A stretch of 64,000 bases of DNA, taken from NCBI GenBank assembly GCA_038131735.1, contig JAYPPX010000001.1, positions 45,126 to 109,125 on the forward strand, read 5' to 3'. The notes under the pieces were generated by a model. It was not told the DNA's origin, did no database searches, and saw nothing but the letters and a program-made list of their open reading frames with translations. Position numbers and translations under genes: made by a program. Position 1 is the stretch's first letter. Each line of letters opens with the position of its first letter. Below are positions 59,320 to 64,000 of this stretch, one piece after another. This DNA is from Hyphomicrobiales bacterium (lineage in GTDB: Bacteria > Pseudomonadota > Alphaproteobacteria > Rhizobiales > TMED25).

Positions 59320-59826
59320 TTAATCTTTTTTAGTAGCTTTTTTTGCTGGGGCTTTTTTAGCCGGTGCTTTTTTTGCTGGAGCTTTCTTTTCAGCGGCGGC
59401 AGCTTTTGGTGCAGCTTTTTTAGCCGGTGCTTTTTTAGGAGCTTCTTTTTTTGCTTCAGTTTTAGCTACTTTTTCTTCTTTTGGTGCAGCTGCCTTTGCA
59501 GGTTTCTTCTGACCAGTTGCAGAAATATCTAATATTTTAAGTTTTGTTTGGAACTGACGATGACCAATTGTTCTTCTAGAGTTTTGTCTTCTTCTTTTTT
59601 TAAAGACAATTATCTTTTTTGCTCTGTCTTGTTCAACCACTTCTGCAGTAACAGTAGCGTTTTCAATGTATGGGGTTCCAATAATTGTTTTATCCCCTTC
59701 AGTGATCATAAGGACTTCATTGAATGTAACAGTATTTCCTTTTTCATCAGGAAGTTTTTCTACAATAATGATATCGTCTTTATTTACAGAGTATTGCTTC
59801 CCACCAGTTTTTATAACCGCAGTCAT
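59320..59826 (-). CDS. rplU: 50S ribosomal protein L21 with Ala/Lys/Pro-rich C-terminal tail
   Basis: AVIKTGGKQY, FKKRRRQNSRR..GHRQ. Confidence 0.98.
   Translation of the reverse strand: MTAVIKTGGKQYSVNKDDIIIVEKLPDEKGNTVTFNEVLMITEGDKTIIGTPYIENATVTAEVVEQDRAKKIIVFKKRRRQNSRRTIGHRQFQTKLKILDISATGQKKPAKAAAPKEEKVAKTEAKKEAPKKAPAKKAAPKAAAAEKKAPAKKAPAKKAPAKKATKKD
59330..59510 (-). repeat. Low-complexity KKAPA repeats in the L21 tail
   Basis: GCTTTTTTAGCCGGTGCTTTTTT occurs at 59351 and 59414; protein repeats KKAPAKK. Confidence 0.8.
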
Positions 59827-59880
59827 GTGAGTTCTTTCAATTTATATTATGTTATCGATAGTTTTTTAAATTAATAACAT

Positions 59881-59909
59881 TATTTAATATTTTAAATAGG
59901 GTAAGTCAA
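59881..59909 (-). promoter_or_regulatory. Putative sigma70 promoter of rplU-rpmA
   Basis: Minus-strand TTGACT (59909-59904) followed after 16-17 nt by TTAAAT/TAAATA. Confidence 0.4.
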
Positions 59910-59988
59910 CTTTTCTTTGTTAAATATCAAAAAAACTTGCTACCCTATGAAGCTATTTAATACACCTAATAATTAGGAGAAACTGAAA

Positions 59989-60975
59989 ATGAAAACAAGA
60001 GCTATAGTGCTACACCAAAATGGTGATGCAGATCAAATGGTATGGGAGGATGTTGATCTTCCAAATCCAACAGATAGCCAGGTTTTAGTAAAACATGAAT
60101 TTGTTGGTTTCAATATGGTCGATACATATCACCGTTCTGGTATTTATCCAACACCACCAAAGCCCTGCAGATTGGGAACAGAGGGTGCAGGAATAGTCGA
60201 AGCGGTTGGCTCAAAAGTTAAAGATTTTTCTGTTGGGGACAGGGTTGCATATGCTGGTAGTGGGAGCGGCCTTGGCTCATATTCTTATTCACGTCTTATG
60301 AATGCAAATGATTTGATCAAAGTTCCAGATTGGATGGATTTAGAAGTCGCTGCTGCTATATTAACGAAGGGTAGAACTGTGGAATATCTCTTTAATAGAA
60401 CGCATAAACTACAAAAGGGAGATTCAATTTTATTTAATGCTGCTGCGGGGGGCGTTGGTCAGATTGCAGGTCAGTGGGCAAATTCACTGGGTGCGTTAGC
60501 AATTGGAATAGTTGGGTCACAAGACAAAGAAGAATTCGCTCTGAAGTCAGGATACAAACATGTTTTTAACATGCAGGATCATGACATAGTAAATGAAGTA
60601 ATGGCGATTACAGATGGTAAAGGAGTTGATGTTGTTTATGACTCAATAGGTAAGACCACCTGGGATATTTCATTAGCATCAGTTAGAAAGTTAGGACTCG
60701 TAGTTAGTTTTGGAAGCGCTTCAGGTAATCCTCCTTTATATGATGTTGCAAAGGATGGGGTTAAAAATTCAGCATACATACATAGAGCAACTATGGTTAA
60801 TTATATGACCTCACCAGAAATTGCCAGAAAGAGTGCTGAAAGTGTTTTTGAAATGATTAAAAATGGAAGCATTAAACTTAACTTAAATATGGACTATCAT
60901 CTTGATGATATTGTGAGAGTCCATAAAGATGCTGAGGCAAGAAAAACAGTTGGACAGATTGTAATGAAGGTTTAA
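59989..60975 (+). CDS. qor: NADPH:quinone oxidoreductase (zeta-crystallin/MDR family)
   Basis: N..D...RSG.Y, G.EGAG.V, GDRVAY, AAAGGVG, GVDVVYD.IG, FG.ASG. Confidence 0.88.
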   Translation: MKTRAIVLHQNGDADQMVWEDVDLPNPTDSQVLVKHEFVGFNMVDTYHRSGIYPTPPKPCRLGTEGAGIVEAVGSKVKDFSVGDRVAYAGSGSGLGSYSYSRLMNANDLIKVPDWMDLEVAAAILTKGRTVEYLFNRTHKLQKGDSILFNAAAGGVGQIAGQWANSLGALAIGIVGSQDKEEFALKSGYKHVFNMQDHDIVNEVMAITDGKGVDVVYDSIGKTTWDISLASVRKLGLVVSFGSASGNPPLYDVAKDGVKNSAYIHRATMVNYMTSPEIARKSAESVFEMIKNGSIKLNLNMDYHLDDIVRVHKDAEARKTVGQIVMKV

Positions 60976-62000
60976 AGATGCTTTGTTAGGAAGCTCAAAT
61001 TATCAAGAGATGGAGATAATTTTCCGGAATGGATATCTTTAGTCACATTTACAATTTCAGTATTTATTGGAGTATCAATACCGTACTCTATGCCTAAATC
61101 AGAGACCAAACCGTTGATCTCATCAACTTCACTATATCTGCCTTTCAGGTGATCATGGAATACTGCATCCCTTGCATTTGGTCCAATATCCTTAATTAAC
61201 TTATCTAACATAAGCTCAATTGGGTTATTGGAATTATTAATTTGTTCTTCTGATAAGCCGAATATTGGAACAATCTTATAGCCATGTTTTTGTCCAACAC
61301 TTAGAGCTTCTGTTCCGATTTTCATAACAGCTTCTTTCATTTTTGGTATTTTAAAACCCTCATAAAGATTCGACCCTAACATTGCGAAGGGTCCCATACA
61401 CATTGCGTTGATGATTAGTTTCATCCATTTTGCTGAAATGATATCTTCTACAATATTAACTTTTCCGACTGATGAAAGTATTTCTCTAATTTCGTCCAAT
61501 CGATTTTTCATCACTTCTGTATTCGTTCCAATACCAAACCAAGTTTTTTCATTGATCGTATCTCTTTGAATAATTCCTGGTGTAAATAATTCTGATGAGC
61601 ATTCAACAACACATGCGATTGTTCTCTCAGGTCCCACAATCGAAGAAATTCGCTCTGCTGTCATTGCGTTTTGAACGCCAACTAAAATTCCATCAGATGC
61701 CAAATATGGCTCTATTAATTTTGTTATCCATTGAGTGTCATAGGCTTTTACAAATAAAAATACATAATCAAATTTGTGATTAATTTCTGCCAAATAACAT
61801 AAGTGCTGAGCTTTTACAGTCACATTTCTTGTTTCATTTGGAAGGTTGATGGTTAACCCATCTTTATTCATCGCGTTGACATGAGCAGGCCACTGATCAA
61901 TCAGTGTCACATCATAACCGGCTGTTGTAATGTCGGCGGCTGCACAAGATCCGTTAGCCCCAGTTCCTAAAATTGCGATTTTTTTATCTTTTAATATCAT
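60972..62000 (-). CDS. Ketopantoate reductase (PanE/ApbA) family oxidoreductase, paralog 2
   Basis: GTGANG, VKAYDT, KWMKL, SEVDEING; clearly homologous to 17667-18698. Confidence 0.85.
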   Translation of the reverse strand: MILKDKKIAILGTGANGSCAAADITTAGYDVTLIDQWPAHVNAMNKDGLTINLPNETRNVTVKAQHLCYLAEINHKFDYVFLFVKAYDTQWITKLIEPYLASDGILVGVQNAMTAERISSIVGPERTIACVVECSSELFTPGIIQRDTINEKTWFGIGTNTEVMKNRLDEIREILSSVGKVNIVEDIISAKWMKLIINAMCMGPFAMLGSNLYEGFKIPKMKEAVMKIGTEALSVGQKHGYKIVPIFGLSEEQINNSNNPIELMLDKLIKDIGPNARDAVFHDHLKGRYSEVDEINGLVSDLGIEYGIDTPINTEIVNVTKDIHSGKLSPSLDNLSFLTKHL

Positions 62001-62088
62001 TAAAATAATATATCACCGCAGTTACATGGAAGCAATCTTACTCTGATCGGCATGCGCATAACGAAATAACATCTGGGGGGTATTAAAT

Positions 62089-62577
62089 CTATTTATCTCT
62101 TAGAGTACCAGCTTGTTTATTAGCAATTCTATCAGCATAATTTAATCGCTCATCTTCACTCATTGTGTTGATAAGCGAAATAAAGTTTTCCTGAACTAGT
62201 TCGAGACGTTTGATAGACTCTTCTGAATGGGACTTGAAGACTATCTCAAATTTCTCTTGGCTAAATTCTGTAGAACTTAAAACATCGATAACCTCTTTTT
62301 TCCTAACTTTTAGATTAGCAGGATGTTTTTTATTATCATTTACTTGATTGAGAATTTGGCGAATTAACTCTCGTCGTTGGTCTTTATTTAGAGCACGTAT
62401 GTAAAATGAACCAATTTGTAGATCATTCAATTCAGAAATCCTTCTGAAATCATTTTTTGTATTTTTAATTGTGGCGCCAGTAATGAGACAGATAACCACG
62501 ATATTTAGTGCTAAAGATACTGCAAGTACAATCTTCCAGATTTTGGGGGTATTTTTTTGTATAGAATTATTAATCAT
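62089..62577 (-). CDS. Membrane-anchored periplasmic sensor-like protein (Metal_resist / ZraP-CnrR-like helical family)
   Basis: SLALN....L..G TM motif, AL...QR, F....F, MS..ER..YAD; downstream of an ECF sigma factor. Confidence 0.7.
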   Translation of the reverse strand: MINNSIQKNTPKIWKIVLAVSLALNIVVICLITGATIKNTKNDFRRISELNDLQIGSFYIRALNKDQRRELIRQILNQVNDNKKHPANLKVRKKEVIDVLSSTEFSQEKFEIVFKSHSEESIKRLELVQENFISLINTMSEDERLNYADRIANKQAGTLRDK

Positions 62578-62580
62578 CTT

Positions 62581-62952
62581 TTATTCCTCTAAATTTAATA
62601 TGCTTAAATCGATAATTGGGTCAGCAAATATTATTTCTGCTTCATTAATTTGTTTATCCATCGGAAGTATTACGCTCGATAAATCTGGGTATGAAAACCC
62701 GATAAAAATACAAATACTTGCAATAGCACCATATCCAGCAATTAAATAAAAATTCCCGTATTTAGAATATAGATTCTTCCACCATAAATTTTGGTTTTGC
62801 CTTATGGAATAAGCCTCCAATTTTTTAAATTCGTGCTTTGAACTCTCTAAAATTTTATCTCTTAATACATCAGATGGTGCTGGCGAGATTTCCTTTGCAG
62901 CTTGAAAGAATTCTTCAAGTTCAAAATCTTTATTTTTTTTCTTGTCAATCAT
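62581..62952 (-). CDS. Putative single-TM anti-sigma factor
   Basis: LE..F.AA.....PS..L...I N-terminus followed by one TM; overlaps the sigma stop codon. Start at 62952 or 62958. Confidence 0.6.
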   Translation of the reverse strand: MIDKKKNKDFELEEFFQAAKEISPAPSDVLRDKILESSKHEFKKLEAYSIRQNQNLWWKNLYSKYGNFYLIAGYGAIASICIFIGFSYPDLSSVILPMDKQINEAEIIFADPIIDLSILNLEE

Positions 62953-63523
62953 CTTCATACCCCAGGTTTGATTTTTGTGATTTTAAAGTTTCTGATAGTT
63001 TACGTTTTCCACGGGCTATTAGGCTTTCAACAGCCGAAATACTCAGCTCAAGTTTTTCAGCAATCTCTTGATTTGATATGCCCTCAAGATGACGCATTGA
63101 GACAGCCTCACGCTGTTTATCTGGAAGTAGGGATAACGCATTGTATAATGCAATAGCTCGGGATTGGTTGATTATTAGATCAGTCGCATTCTCTCTTTCA
63201 TCAATAGGATCTGGAACTGTATCTATACTTGCAGGTTTTTTTTGACGTAAACAATCTATGCATAGGTTATTAACGACCTTATATAGCCAGGTTGAAACTT
63301 TGGCATTTCCATGCTTCCAATTAGGCGCTATGCGCCATAGACGAAACATAGCTTCTTGCGTTATCTCCTCTGCATCAGCGGTATTTTGAACCCTATGGAA
63401 GGCTTGAGAAAATATTTTTGGCATAAATCTATCGGTTAAAATTTCTGCACTTTTTGGAATACCATTTGCATACGCGATCAGTAGATCGTTATCGTCCAAT
63501 TCATAAAGATCTTCGATTTGCAT
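62945..63523 (-). CDS. ECF RNA polymerase sigma factor
   Basis: Region 2 DAEEITQEA..R.W...STWLY.V..NLCID; region 4 LP..QR.A...EIA..L.....AVESL.ARGKR.L. Confidence 0.93.
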   Translation of the reverse strand: MQIEDLYELDDNDLLIAYANGIPKSAEILTDRFMPKIFSQAFHRVQNTADAEEITQEAMFRLWRIAPNWKHGNAKVSTWLYKVVNNLCIDCLRQKKPASIDTVPDPIDERENATDLIINQSRAIALYNALSLLPDKQREAVSMRHLEGISNQEIAEKLELSISAVESLIARGKRKLSETLKSQKSNLGYEDD

Positions 63524-63576
63524 TAGTCTTTTCCAAATACATGATAATAAAAGAATAATATCTAAATCGTAATATT

Positions 63577-63999
63577 TTAATCTGATTTTTCAGTTAATAT
63601 GGAAAATTCTGCTTCATTCAAATGACCATCATTATTTAGATCTAGATTATCAAAACTAATTTCAAATCTTCTTAGAGCTTTTGAGTGTATTTCTTCAAAT
63701 TCTAAAAATCCATTGGAATTTTTATCAAGCATTTTAACTATTTTTTTTGTTCGAAAAGAAACTTTTGCAGTTCTACTTGCTATTAACTCGTCAGATGATA
63801 CGACTCCATCATTGTTGGCATCAGCTGACAAAAATTGTTTTTTAGCATAATTAATCAATTCTGTTTCTGAGATTTGCGCGTCATTATTTCTATCGACTTT
63901 TGAGAATTGAACTCCTTCAAATGGTGCTAAACCACTAAGTAAATTAGCATTAGCAAGAGAAATAGCTCCCAATATAATAAAAGTAGTGAAAGCTGCCAT
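63577..63999 (-). CDS. Exported EF-hand protein (four loops); 5' end may lie beyond the window
   Basis: Signal peptide; loops DRNNDAQISETE, DANNDGVVSSDE, DKNSNGFLEFEE, DLNNDGHLNEAE. Confidence 0.85.
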   Translation of the reverse strand: MAAFTTFIILGAISLANANLLSGLAPFEGVQFSKVDRNNDAQISETELINYAKKQFLSADANNDGVVSSDELIASRTAKVSFRTKKIVKMLDKNSNGFLEFEEIHSKALRRFEISFDNLDLNNDGHLNEAEFSILTEKSD

Positions 64000-64000
64000 A

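Noticed and set aside
62051-62078. dif-like site (CATGCGCATAA resembles the XerC arm)
   Set aside because: No XerD arm (TTATGTTAAAT-like) after a 6-nt spacer.
63577-63999. Lanmodulin (lanthanide-binding EF-hand protein)
   Set aside because: The loops lack the position-2 proline (D-P-D-x-D-G-T) characteristic of lanmodulin, and no xoxF or lanthanide-uptake genes are in view.

Overview
AT-rich (roughly 35% GC by eye), very gene-dense chromosomal segment of a streamlined alphaproteobacterium. Gene order and protein sequences are Rhizobiales/Hyphomicrobiales-like, and a photolyase-family gene suggests a sunlit, probably marine habitat (inference). 1-23.9 kb is an accessory catabolic region with no transcription regulator. 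It encodes an amidohydrolase, FAH-family enzyme, bicupin, alpha/beta hydrolase, ThDP enzyme, Ldh_2 dehydrogenase, GST, two enolase-superfamily paralogs, a ketopantoate-reductase-like enzyme, a Gfo/Idh/MocA oxidoreductase, cyclase, amidase and several transporters, interrupted by a 7.4-11.8 kb block of unrelated genes. 24.1-59.9 kb is core genome: rplS, leuCDB-asd, sdhCDAB, rpmF, ispA, panCB, ispG, zapE-mdh-sucCD, xerC, tal, priA, atpHAGDC, rppH, ctpA, rlmH, rsfS, nadD, proAB, obgE, rpmA, rplU. 60-64 kb holds qor, a second ketopantoate-reductase paralog and an EF-hand / ECF sigma / anti-sigma / periplasmic sensor module. I found no tRNA, rRNA, CRISPR, IS or prophage. Best leads: the unassigned catabolic pathway, the clean absence of sucA-sucB-lpdA at their usual position, a stand-alone 72-aa orphan gene with full expression signals, a structured region upstream of rplS and two anomalous gene starts. 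All family calls come from motif recognition by eye; no database searches were run.
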